Source: Candidatus Bathyarchaeia archaeon
GTDB taxonomy: Archaea; Thermoproteota; CALKCG01; B24
Direction: 5' to 3'
DNA length: 64,000 nucleotides
Assembly (NCBI GenBank): GCA_038870975.1
Contig: JAVZJD010000001.1
Span: 352,001 to 416,000, forward strand
How positions within the stretch are numbered: the stretch's first letter is position 1; each line of letters begins with the position of its first letter. Made by a program: the position numbers and the translations under genes. Below, one piece after another: positions 29,743 to 40,000 of the stretch. The notes beneath the pieces are model-generated. The model was not told where the DNA came from, did no database searches, and saw only the letters and a program-made list of their open reading frames with translations.

Positions 29743-31056
29743 GTGGTAATAAGTTTAATGGTGGCTCTGGGTTTGGCTAAAGTCTACTTGGAAGTCTATG
29801 GATGTAGTGCTAATGTGGCTGATGCTGAGGTGATGCTTGGGCTACTTAGAAGTAGAGGCTATGAGATAGTTGATAGTCCAGAAAAAGCGGACGTCAACAT
29901 CGTAGCTACTTGCACCGTTAAAACACCCACCGAGCATAGGATGATTCACGTGATATCTAGCCTATCTAAACTTGAGAAGCCACTTGTAGTAGCGGGATGC
30001 ATGCCTCTAACAAGTAGAGAAGCTATAGAGCGTATAAACCCCAAGGCCTCTCTACTAGGTGCTAGAGCCGTTACACGAATAGTCGATGCTGTTGAAACAG
30101 CCCTACATGGAGGTAGATTCATTAAACTTATCGAGCCGGGGGATACTCCACTATGTAAACCCAGAGTTAGACTTAAACAGTTCATAGGTATAGTTCCAAT
30201 AGCTCAAGGATGCCTTGGAAATTGTAGCTTTTGTCAAGTTAAAATTGCAAGAGGCTCTCTTAGAAGCTATCCACCGGATTTAATCGTCGAAGAAGTCCGT
30301 AGAGCTTTAGAACACGGTTGTAAAGAAATATGGTTGACTTCTCAAGACAATGGATGCTACGGTATCGACCTAGGCTTGACGTTAGCAGACCTGCTTGAGA
30401 AAATCCTGAAGATAGAGAAGGACTTTAAAGTTAGAATCGGTATGATGAACCCAGTGCATCTACAAACCTTCATAGATAGAATTTTAGACCTGTACTCAGA
30501 CCATAGGGTTTTCAAATTCGCCCATATTCCAGTCCAGTCTGGAAGCGACAAAGTTTTGAATGATATGCGTAGAGGCTACACGGTTGTAGATGCTGAGTAT
30601 GTTATGAACAAGTTTAGGTCCAAGTATCCTGAGCTTTCACTTATGACAGACGTAATAGTTGGATATCCAACAGAATCTGAGGAAGATTTTGAGGCTACGC
30701 TTAACTTCATAAAGCGTGTAGAGCCTGATCATGTTAACGTTTCAAAATTCGGAGCTAGACCTAAGACTGAAGCCTACAAGCTTAGGCCTCTACCGCCCAT
30801 AGTTGTTAAGAAGCGCGTTCAAAGATTGAACGAGCTATGTCTCGACATATCCTATAAGCGCAATTTAAACTGGTTAAACTGGATCGGCGAAGTAATAGTT
30901 GAAGAACGAGGCTTAAAACCTGGAAGTTGGATAACTAGAAATTACGCTTATAAACCCATCGTTGTTTTATACGATGGAAATATTCTTGGCGAGAAGCTTA
31001 AAATTAGAATAGTTAAAGCTTATCGTAACTTTCTACAGGCAGATGTGCTGAATTAA
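29743..31056 (+). CDS. mtaB: tRNA t6A methylthiotransferase (MtaB/e-MtaB type radical SAM)
   Basis: UPF0004 Cys motifs (YGCSAN, TCTVK, AGCM), CxxxCxxC (CLGNCSFC), PVQSGSD, C-terminal TRAM domain. Confidence 0.88.
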   Translation: MVISLMVALGLAKVYLEVYGCSANVADAEVMLGLLRSRGYEIVDSPEKADVNIVATCTVKTPTEHRMIHVISSLSKLEKPLVVAGCMPLTSREAIERINPKASLLGARAVTRIVDAVETALHGGRFIKLIEPGDTPLCKPRVRLKQFIGIVPIAQGCLGNCSFCQVKIARGSLRSYPPDLIVEEVRRALEHGCKEIWLTSQDNGCYGIDLGLTLADLLEKILKIEKDFKVRIGMMNPVHLQTFIDRILDLYSDHRVFKFAHIPVQSGSDKVLNDMRRGYTVVDAEYVMNKFRSKYPELSLMTDVIVGYPTESEEDFEATLNFIKRVEPDHVNVSKFGARPKTEAYKLRPLPPIVVKKRVQRLNELCLDISYKRNLNWLNWIGEVIVEERGLKPGSWITRNYAYKPIVVLYDGNILGEKLKIRIVKAYRNFLQADVLN

Positions 31057-31213
31057 CTCGTCAGATTTCAACACCCACTGCGTGCAGTGACAGACGCCCA
31101 TAGAATATGCCATCAAAAGATTGGAAAGCCTTCAAAGAAAACCTACAGGAGACATTACTAACGCACTAAAAACATGGTGGGGCCGGCCGGATTTGAACCG
31201 GCGACCGACGGGT

Positions 31214-31278
31214 TTCACCAGCGCTCCAGAATTCTCATCATCCTCTTCCTGAGTCCTACCCCGGTCGCCATCCAGCTT
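31214..31278 (-). ncRNA. 65-nt canonical (37/38) intron containing a box C/D-like guide RNA
   Basis: Relaxed BHB at 37/38; ATGATGA box followed by TTCTGGAGC (antisense to the anticodon loop) and a degenerate D box CTGG. Confidence 0.75.
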
Positions 31279-31287
31279 CTGGAGCCC

Positions 31288-31318
31288 TTAACGAGCCCAA
31301 TCCTTGTGGATTAGGCTT
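31288..31318 (-). other. 31-nt non-canonical tRNA intron at position 28/29
   Basis: BHB geometry: central helix GACG/CGTT, bulges AC^A and AA^G, intron hairpin AGCCTAATCC-ACAA-GGATTGGGCT. Confidence 0.85.
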
Positions 31319-31519
31319 GTCGTCCTGCCTGGCTAGACTACGGCCCCACCAGAATAGACTACGTATTTCTCGCCATTATAAATCTTACTTCCTCCTCTTT
31401 AAATATCTTAGAGTTTTCTATTTCCATAACGTATTCAAACCCTACTTCTATGGACGCCCATAGTTGCTTTTTTATTAGGTCTTGAAAAAGATGTGAAGAA
31501 CATCTGTTTATTCCAAAAG

Positions 31520-31780
31520 ATAATGGTGGATTTAGCGAAGAATGAAGGCTAGATAATTGACTACTGTCCTAATTGTAGAAAGCACGTAGGCTCTGATTTT
31601 GATAAATATAGAGGTAAAGAAGGGGGCCTCTATTATGCGAGAAGTTCAGAATGGTATTTACATTATTTGAACTGGCAGGAGCTGACAGCAGATGCCGTTC
31701 CCACTGGAGACGAGGACCTCCTATATCAAGCGTTGCTAGCATGTCTCTACATCCAGAATATGGATGCAGAATTCATGTAG
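31520..31780 (+). pseudogene. C-terminal remnant of a family 4 glycoside hydrolase
   Basis: 31652-31780 translates to WYLHYLNWQELTADAVPTGDEDLLYQALLAC, matching the GH4 C-terminal QELTVEAALTGD..LYQAL pattern. Upstream IMVDLAKNEG* is interrupted by a stop. Confidence 0.65.
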
Positions 31781-31906
31781 CGGTTTAAGACGTAGTGGCA
31801 AACCAGCTGAAGACATGATCTATTCTATACATTTTTAAATTCTTCAACTGTAGGATAGTAGATTTTTAACAGTTAAACATAAATAATTTTGAGTCTGTAT
31901 TAGTGT

Positions 31907-33886
31907 ATGGTGGAAATGTCAAAGGAAGTTGTTAAAGAGAAGTTTCCATGGTTGCTCGTAATATTAATACCGCTGTTATTGAGCTTAATAGGGCCTATAT
32001 GGCAATTGCTTATAGGTAGTTTCCCCTACTGGATTACCAGTGCATTAGGCGAGTCTGTCTGCCATATAGGGTTAACTACAGCGCCATTCCTAATGCTTCT
32101 GTTAACCGCCCCACTTTATAAATTTAAATCTCTAAGGGACAGGTTAGGTGTTAAAACCTTGGCATACCTATACATAAGCTCTTTAGCAACATCGTACTTC
32201 ATACACTATCCATGGGCGCTGTGTACACACTATATGTATGCTCTAAGAATTACATTACGCGAGCTGGCAGACATGGTTATACCGACTTTTATGGCCCCTC
32301 CGTATGAAGTGGCCATTCTCCTATCAGAGGGTGGACCAATAGACTGGGGTGCTTGGGCAACTCCAATTACCTGGTATTGGCTTCTAAACGTAACCGTAAG
32401 CTTTTTCATGCTGTCACTGGCTACTCTATTTAGAAGACTCTGGATAGATATAGAAAAGGTGCCATTTCCACACGGTTTGATTGCATATGAATTGGCCGAA
32501 AACATCTCTAGGGAAAAGGGTTGGAGTAGGTTTTTCTTAATAGGAGTACTACTAGGACTTATTTTCCAAATTCCAGTAACTCTCACTGGAATATTCCCAT
32601 GGTTTCCAGACGTATACGGCGTCAACTACAGATCTTGCCCCATGCTAACGCGATGGTTTGGAGGGGATGAGCCTTTAGGTACCATACCGGGTATGATGAG
32701 TATGACGTACAGTCCTACTGCGGTGGCCGTAGCTTACATGGCTCCTCTGCACATACAGTTTAGCACATGGTTTTTCGCTTTAGTATACATAATAGCCGTT
32801 CAAATATCTTACTACATGGGCTATTACACCGGAATAACAGGCATAGGTACATGTGGTAGATATTGGTGTAGCCCATCTCCATCTACAGACCCACCTCTTA
32901 AATTTATGGCTGTAGCAGTAGGTGCTTTAATAGCATTTGGCATTATGCATTTAATACTTAATAGAAGATATATAATTGAAACCTTTAAAGAAGCATCTAA
33001 AAGCTCTAGCGAGTTTAAAGAAGAAGTTATGACCTACAGAACGTGTTACATAATGCTGGCTATTTCTCTCGTAGCTTCCACGCTGTTCTGGATGTGGTCT
33101 ACCATGACGCTTTTAGATGCATTAATCATGGCTTTAACTGCTTTTTGCATATGGTATCCCATGAGCAGGCTTTTTGGATTAGCCGGAGCATACTGGAGAA
33201 GTGTAGACAAGGGCTTCGTTTTCTTCAGATTACTCTATCCGACTTGTCATGACCCGCCAACGACTAGAGAATTCCTAGTGTTTAGGATGTCCACTTTCTT
33301 GTCGGATACACCATCTTACCCGTGGGGTGGAGCCGCCGTCTCATCATTTACATCCTATAAATTTGCCAGTCTTGCTGGTCTAAGCGCAAAAGATGCATTT
33401 AAAACACTAGCCACAGCTTTTCTGATAGCGCCTCTCGTATCGAATATCGCCCTCATATGGCTCCTACATGCAGTAGGCGGTAGACGTATAGGAATATGGT
33501 CAAGTTGGTACTTGGGAGGAACCTGGGCGCTAACTGGTGTACCTACAAGCTGGGTTACACTACCAGCTCGCGAGCCTTGGGTTGAATATAGCATAATTGG
33601 AGCTATAATAGCTATTGCGCTCAGCTTACTTCACGCCAGGTTCGTATGGTTCCCACTTGAACCCATAGGTTACATATTAGGTACTACATGCGCTTCGGCT
33701 CTCTTCGGATTATGGTCTGCTTTTCTTGTTGCATGGGTGCTTAAAATGCTGACTTTGAGAATTGGAGGCGCTAAACTCTATGAGGAGAGCGGTATTCCAA
33801 TAGCCTCTGGAGCAGTAACAGGATGTATGATAGGGATGATATTAGGCGGAATAATATGGATAATAAGGTTCTTCATACCGTTTTAA
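31907..33886 (+). CDS. Large multi-pass membrane protein (DUF6785/DUF6784, OPT-like putative transporter), paralog 2
   Basis: Same motifs as 22252-24267: WIDIEKVPFP, WFPDVYG, CGRYWC, LHARFVWFPLEPIG, ending IRFFIPF. Confidence 0.7.
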   Translation: MVEMSKEVVKEKFPWLLVILIPLLLSLIGPIWQLLIGSFPYWITSALGESVCHIGLTTAPFLMLLLTAPLYKFKSLRDRLGVKTLAYLYISSLATSYFIHYPWALCTHYMYALRITLRELADMVIPTFMAPPYEVAILLSEGGPIDWGAWATPITWYWLLNVTVSFFMLSLATLFRRLWIDIEKVPFPHGLIAYELAENISREKGWSRFFLIGVLLGLIFQIPVTLTGIFPWFPDVYGVNYRSCPMLTRWFGGDEPLGTIPGMMSMTYSPTAVAVAYMAPLHIQFSTWFFALVYIIAVQISYYMGYYTGITGIGTCGRYWCSPSPSTDPPLKFMAVAVGALIAFGIMHLILNRRYIIETFKEASKSSSEFKEEVMTYRTCYIMLAISLVASTLFWMWSTMTLLDALIMALTAFCIWYPMSRLFGLAGAYWRSVDKGFVFFRLLYPTCHDPPTTREFLVFRMSTFLSDTPSYPWGGAAVSSFTSYKFASLAGLSAKDAFKTLATAFLIAPLVSNIALIWLLHAVGGRRIGIWSSWYLGGTWALTGVPTSWVTLPAREPWVEYSIIGAIIAIALSLLHARFVWFPLEPIGYILGTTCASALFGLWSAFLVAWVLKMLTLRIGGAKLYEESGIPIASGAVTGCMIGMILGGIIWIIRFFIPF

Positions 33887-33971
33887 ACAATCCATTATTT
33901 TTTTAGACGTTTTCTATGCAAGTCTGTGGGAAAACCTTTTAACGTTCTTACATCGATTTTTCAAATCAAAC

Positions 33972-34548
33972 TTGACCACTTAAAGTTTTAACAGTGAAAA
34001 TGATGAGGGCGCTGGGGGAATACGAAAGGACTCTAAACATTCCATGCAATACGTCTTCGAGCATATGGAAGGCTACTACGGATACCGGGAGAACTACGTT
34101 GACTTGCTTATGGATGAGGAGTTACGCTCTTTAAGAACTGTATGCTTGAAGATACTGAAAAATGCTTCATAGAAGCTACGAACTATTCTAAAAACCTCTG
34201 CGTAGGCGTAACTGCATCCAGAATATAGGCAAGATTTAATACGACTTTACTATACTCGCTTGACATACGAAAATTTGTAGAATTTTCCATATAGCACAAA
34301 GAATATGGTCTGAAGCCCTTAAACAGGTTGAGAGAGCTGAGCTTATGCTTAGAGAATTATTAGGAAAATTGATTGATGAAACTAAGTTTGAATCGAATAA
34401 GCTGTCTAAGGAATTCGAAGATGTAAAATGGTTTCTTAGCACGCATACATGGAGCCGATGTTTCATTTGCAAACTTACACTATGTGCTAAGAGTTGGAAT
34501 ATATCGATTAATGAATTGTGAAAGGTGGGTTGAAGAGATAAATAAATT
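33972..34548 (+). pseudogene. Internally deleted, frameshifted copy of the DUF5107/TPR gene
   Basis: 33983-34005 matches 37046-37068 (gene start); 34012-34548 aligns with about 39568-40150 (e.g. aatgcttcatagaagcta, ctgtctaaggaattcg, gtttcatttgcaaacttaca). Confidence 0.88.
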
Positions 34549-34923
34549 TGTGGCATCTTTATATTATAAGTTTTTACTTGCTTTCTTGAAAAATCTCGCA
34601 GGAATACAGTTCTATATCGTATTGATTAAATGTCTCTGCATAGTTTAAGATATCAATCCAACTCTTTAATTCAGTTGTATGTAAGCGAACTTGTATAATC
34701 GCTCGACTAGAAACATTCAAGTTTTTCTCCATCAAACTTACATAGCTTTTTATGGATTTTCAAGTAAACTTCTCCACCTACTTTGAGGTGTCTTCTCTTC
34801 AAACTCTTAAAATTGTTTTTCAATGTTTTGACGTTAATAATTTAAGATGGATAATGTTTACTGTACCTACGTGCCCTTGAGGAATTCGAATTCTATAAAG
34901 TAGAGAGAATATGTGGTAGAAAC

Positions 34924-35379
34924 CTAAGAGCCATCAGAAGGTTTACAAGTAGAAGTTGTTTTAGTATTCAGCCAAATCCTCCTTATTCCAGGTATTTTAT
35001 CAAATTCTCCGTCTTCTGAAACTATCTGTTTAATTCCAGCTTTGGTCATGGAGGATACGTGAAGTGCATCTGAAGGTTTTAATCCATGATTGACCATAGT
35101 CTTCTTCATGGCATTATAGTCTGTGTAATCTATTGGGATAACGTCTAGGAGAGGCATCAACCTATCGATCAGCTCAAACACTTCAACCAGTGCAATCTTA
35201 TATTTTCTGGTTAAAATCCATAAGACCTCATCTATAACAACCATGTTGATGAATAAACGGTCTCTACGTTTAACGGCTTCCTTCAAAAAGTTCGTTACGT
35301 AGTTGAAGATTTCATCGCTCTCAGAGTATCTCAAGTATATCAGATAAGATGAGTCAAGGAAAATTTTCAAGGGCTTCAT
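34924..35379 (-). CDS. vapC: PIN-domain toxin (VapC)
   Basis: IFLDSS, VIDEV, LKPSDALH, SEDGEFD acidic PIN tetrad. Confidence 0.9.
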   Translation of the reverse strand: MKPLKIFLDSSYLIYLRYSESDEIFNYVTNFLKEAVKRRDRLFINMVVIDEVLWILTRKYKIALVEVFELIDRLMPLLDVIPIDYTDYNAMKKTMVNHGLKPSDALHVSSMTKAGIKQIVSEDGEFDKIPGIRRIWLNTKTTSTCKPSDGS

Positions 35380-35608
35380 CCTCTAAGCTGATCTTAGAGA
35401 CGAGTTTTGCTATCGGTTTTCTATATTCTCTTAACCAGTTTAGAAGCTCTTCAATATCCAACCCCTTCTGTAAGGAGATCTCGTTTTCCTTGACGTCTGC
35501 AATTACGTAGCTATAGGGCTTAATCCCAAGCTTATCCCTAAAAATCTTGGGAAGCACTATCTGCCCTTTAGGTCCAACTTTCAATTTAAGTTTAACCATA
35601 AGTATCAT
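35354..35608 (-). CDS. vapB: AbrB/MazE/SpoVT-type antitoxin (VapB)
   Basis: KVGPKGQIVLPK..R.KLGI; overlaps the PIN gene start. Confidence 0.88.
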   Translation of the reverse strand: MILMVKLKLKVGPKGQIVLPKIFRDKLGIKPYSYVIADVKENEISLQKGLDIEELLNWLREYRKPIAKLVSKISLEDEALENFP

Positions 35609-35735
35609 AAAGTATTACTATAAGTTTAACCATATAAATCTTCTTATGTTAAATACGCATGGATTTGATAACGTTGCTCACAATATTTGGGAAGGTTTTC
35701 AATCTATTAAAAAACTATCATTTAAACCGGTTTAA

Positions 35736-36701
35736 ATGGGCTCTCAATAAAAGATAACACTTCTTGGAGAGGAATCTCCTTCGTCCTATCCATGATTTAC
35801 GTGATGCTTGAGAATAAAGAGGTTCTTGAGGGTAGCGAAATATGTCTTATGGATATAGATCCTATGCGTCTCCTACTGCTAATAAGACTAGGTGAAAAAC
35901 TCTCTAGAAGAGCGAATGTTAAAATGAGGTTTACTTGGATTACAGACCCTAGGGAGGCTCTTGAAGGAGCTATGTTTGTTATGCCTGGTTATAGAATAGG
36001 TGGTGTGAAACATATGATGTTTGACTTCGAAATACCGATGAAGTATGGTATATGCGGCGGTGAAACTGCTGGTCCTGAGGCACGTTTATGGCTCAATGTA
36101 CTATTCCATCTACTCTCAACTAATGTAAGATGATAGAGGATTTATGTCCAGATGCTTGGGTTATAAGCTACGTTAATCCTACGAATTTTGTAGTAGATGC
36201 TGTTCGAAGAGTAACGAAGGTGAAGTTTATCGCTATTTGCGATACTTCATCGGGTTGCTATGAGAACTCTCCCACTGTGGTTAAATATACCTCCGTTCGA
36301 GAGGAGATACTGTGTTAATGAAGACATAAGACCGCAGGAGATAGGCGTTAATCATAATACTTGGCTTGTAGACCCTCTGGTTAATGGGGAAGACGCTATC
36401 CTCTACTTAGGATTATACTTAGAAAATATAAGGAAGATGAAGAGAAGTGTGTTCCAACGTTTTTCCGGGACCAGATGAGTTTACTATGCATCTCTTCGAG
36501 GTATACGGCTATGTAAACATCTGTGCATACTACTGTCACATGTACTGGGAGCACAATAAGGTTATGGAAATTGGGAAGAGAATACCTGAGGCGTCTATAT
36601 TAGGGTGGTCTAAGTCGGCTTGGGACTTCGTCAACGAAATGCTTGCCAGTGCTGACTACGACCCTAACAGCTCAGAATATTGCTTCCACTTACATCGCTC
36701 T
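35736..36701 (+). pseudogene. Family 4 glycoside hydrolase pseudogene (stop plus several frameshifts, 3' truncated)
   Basis: Fragments in shifting frames: KITLLG, LMDID, GGETAGP, CPDAWVISYVNP, AICD, GVNHNTW. Accounts for ORFs 35792, 36130, 36260 and 36447. Confidence 0.85.
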
Positions 36702-36950
36702 AGGTTCGTATGGTTTCCACTTGAACCCATAGGTTACACACTTGGTACTACAGGTGCTTCAGCCTTGTTCGGGTTATGGTCTGCGTTCCTCGTTACGTGG
36801 GTGCTTGAAATGTTAACTCTTAGAATTGGAGGAACTAAACTCTACGAAGGTTGTGGAGTTCCAATAACCTCTGGAGCCATAACAGGATGCATGATAGGAA
36901 TGATACTAGGCGGAATAATGTGGATAATAAGGTTCTTCATACCATTCTAA
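36702..36950 (+). pseudogene. 249-nt 3' remnant of a third DUF6785-like transporter gene, fused in frame to the GH4 remnant
   Basis: Colinear, high-identity copy of 33638-33886 (RFVWFPLEPIGY...IRFFIPF). Confidence 0.9.
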
Positions 36951-37028
36951 ATAAACCCCACCATTTTTCAGATGATTTTCAATGCAAATTCGTACAAAAT
37001 TTTAAAACTCTTACGTTAAATCCTTAAA

Positions 37029-40000
37029 TTGATGTTGCCCATTCGAAGTTTTAACTCTGAAAATGATGGAGCCGTGAAGGTTTGGGAAGGATATGTCGTC
37101 AAGCCCACTTACAGGATATTGAGAGAGGATAATCTTCCGTATTTTATGAGTAAATACTACCCTTATACTAGGTTAGACTTCTTCGATTATTCAGAACCCA
37201 CTCCAGTCAAGTATAAGGAACTCGTCGTGGAGAATGAATACCTTAAAATATCCGTTAGACCGGAGTTTGGCGCCCGCCTGTTCTCAGCGTTTGATAAAAT
37301 ATCTGAGAATCAAGTATTCCACTATGTTGACACAATCAAACCCTTCTTAATAGCTCAAAGGGGAGCATGGATTGCAGGGGGATTAGAGTTTAACTTATGC
37401 CAACATCCGAGCCATACGGCGGACAATTTTTCACCCGTCGATTACACGTATGTTAAGAATGAAGATGGAAGCGCCTCGATATTGATAGGTAACCTCATAC
37501 TGTATACTAACGTAAGATATTTAGTTGAGATTGCTTTAAGACCTAAGACTGCCAGGATAGATGTTCGCGTGAAAATCTTCAATACAGACCTCATTCCTCA
37601 GAGGTACTACTTCTGGTCTAATGCCGCCGTATCTGCAAGTGAAAACCTCCGTTTCTTCTACCCTGGTTCTCTCTCAAACATAGGTAAATTTCCAGTGAAT
37701 GAAGAAGGTATCGACTTAAGCTGGTATGTAAATTACGATAGACCATTGAGCATATTCATTCTAGATTCCGAAGAAGACTTTTTTGCCGCGTACGACTATA
37801 AGTCTTCCAAAGGACTTGTTCACTATGCAGATCACAACATCATTCCTGGGAAGAAGATATTCAGCTGGGGGCTATCTGAGGACGGCTTATTCTGGAAAGA
37901 CCTCCTATCAGATAAAGGCATACCTTACGTAGAAATTCAAAGTGGGCGTTTTCTAACTCAGGGGATAGTTGAGCTTATAGACCCGTTGAATTTTGAGTCT
38001 TGGGAAGAATACTGGTATCCAGTTCGAGATATGGATGGTATAACATATGCTAACGAAAAGGTAGCCATTTACATAAACGAGGAAAATAAAGCTGAGCGTA
38101 AACTTCAGATCAATGTATGTTCAGCCATATCGTGTAAAGCTAGGCTCATACTATACGCAGAGGGTGAAAAATTCCACGAGGAACTGATAGAGCTTTTACC
38201 TGAGAAGACACTTAAGAGAGAGGTTAGAGCACCGCTTGGAAAACTATTGCTTAAAATAATCGATGTAAATGGAGGGGAAATAATTTCATGGGATTTTCGA
38301 AGTTATAGAACAAAACCGCATGAAGCCCCCTCATGGATTGGAGAGGTCCCAAATTGGAACTGGGGTGATACTGCTGAAGAGCTTTGGTTGAAGGGAGTTG
38401 ATTCTCTAAAGAGGGAGACTTTTCTTAAAGCTGAAAGATACTTCACAGCTTCTTTGGAGAAGGATGGGGCCTTCTCTAAAAGTCTATGCGCTCTAGGACT
38501 CCTATATTATAGATCAGGTCTGTACGATAAAGCCGTATCCTTCTTTCAGAGGGCATTGATGAGAAATCCATATGATGAAGAAGCACGTTACTACCTTGGT
38601 TTAACAATGCTCGTTTTAAACAATCTCGAGGAAGCTGAGAGAGAACTCTGGAAGGTTTCCTCAAAAATAGGCTACAGACCGTTAGCACTATACCTCCTAG
38701 GTATTATAAGGATGAGGTTGAACGCGTATCGTGATGCTGAAGATATGTTGCAAAGAGCAATAAAAGAGTACAGTTACAATTTGAAAGCCTTATGCACTCT
38801 CTCCATGGCTCTTAGAAAGCAGGGGAAGCGTGAGGAGGCATGGAGGATTTTAGAGGAAGCACATCGTATAATGCCTCTCGATTACCTAGTGCTTGCGGAG
38901 AGGTATCTTCTATCTTCAGATGAGGAGTTTAAAAGAGTGGTCTTTACAAGCTTCCAGAAGGTTTTGGAGGCGTCAAAAGATTACATATTTGCAGGTCTAT
39001 TTGATGATTCATTGGCGATATTAAAAGCCGCATTGGAGCATGGTATACGTAATCCGCTAATCTACTATTACATTGGGTACTCCTACAAGAAGATGGGTAG
39101 ATTTAACGATGCAATAGACTACTACAAATATGGAGGTAGGGAAAGCATCGATTATGTTTTTCCGCATAGGTTAGAGGATTTAGAGGTTCTTAAAGACGTC
39201 GTTAGCAGTCTCCCATTAGATCCAACACCGCATTATTTACTCGGCAACGTCTTATTCTATCTGGGACGGTTTAAGGAGGGTCTTGAGGAATGGGAGAAGG
39301 CTTATATGCTTGGGTTGAGAAACGCTGTGCTTTGCCGCAATATTGCACATGCTCACGCTCTCTTAACATTTGACTACGATAGAGCTATTAACATGTACTT
39401 AGAGGCCATAAGACTTGAACCTGAAAATCATAAACTCTACGTGGAACTGGATGATATTTACTCAAAGACTGGCGACCATACTGAACGTGTTAAATTGCTG
39501 GAGAATATACCTCGGAAAGCTAAGCATAGTGCATTACTCGCTAGGCTTGCTTCAGCATACGTTGATACTGGGGAGTATGAGAAGGCTCTAAATATTCTAT
39601 GTAACACGTTTTTCGAGCCTATGGAGGGTTACTACGGGTTTTGGGAAATTTACGTTGATGCTCTTATGGCTAAAGGATTTACACTTTTCAAGAGCTGTAT
39701 GTTTGAAGATGCTGCAAAATGCTTCATAGAAGCTATGAGTTATCCTAAAAACCTCGGTGTAGGTGCACCGCATCCAAAATATAGGCGAGATCTAATGCAA
39801 CTTTACTATGCTGGTTTATCATATGAAAAGCTCGGAGAACTTTCTACTGCGCAGAGGATATGGTCTGCTGCTCTCCAACGGATTTCTGAGAATCCTGAGA
39901 ATCACGTATTTAAAGCTTTGATTTTACGAAAACTGGGAAGAGTTGAAGAATCCAGGCTTATGCTTAGAAAAGTCGTTGAGGAAGCCAAGTTAGAATTGAA

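Larger units (their letters stand above)
31175..31347 (-). tRNA. tRNA-Trp(CCA) with two introns; CCA end encoded
   Basis: Removing 31288-31318 and 31214-31278 gives a 77-nt cloverleaf: GGGGCCG/CGGCCCC acceptor, ACGGG-CTCCAGA-CCCGT anticodon arm, GCCGG-TTCAAAT-CCGGC T arm, ACCA end. Confidence 0.95.

Noticed and set aside
12293-31347. Integrated element at tRNA-Asp or tRNA-Trp
   Set aside because: No duplicated tRNA 3' end and no integrase found by eye in the window.
31094-31463. 11-bp direct repeat GACGCCCATAG flanking tRNA-Trp, as att sites or a target-site duplication
   Set aside because: Short, not part of the tRNA sequence, and no integrase or transposase nearby; could be chance.
34236-34556. 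106-aa minus-strand ORF
   Set aside because: Antisense to the DUF5107/TPR pseudogene remnant.
35792-36478. Three short ORFs as separate genes, or as a programmed frameshift/recoding case
   Set aside because: They are consecutive GH4 fragments with an early TAA, several frameshifts and a 3' truncation; too many lesions for recoding.
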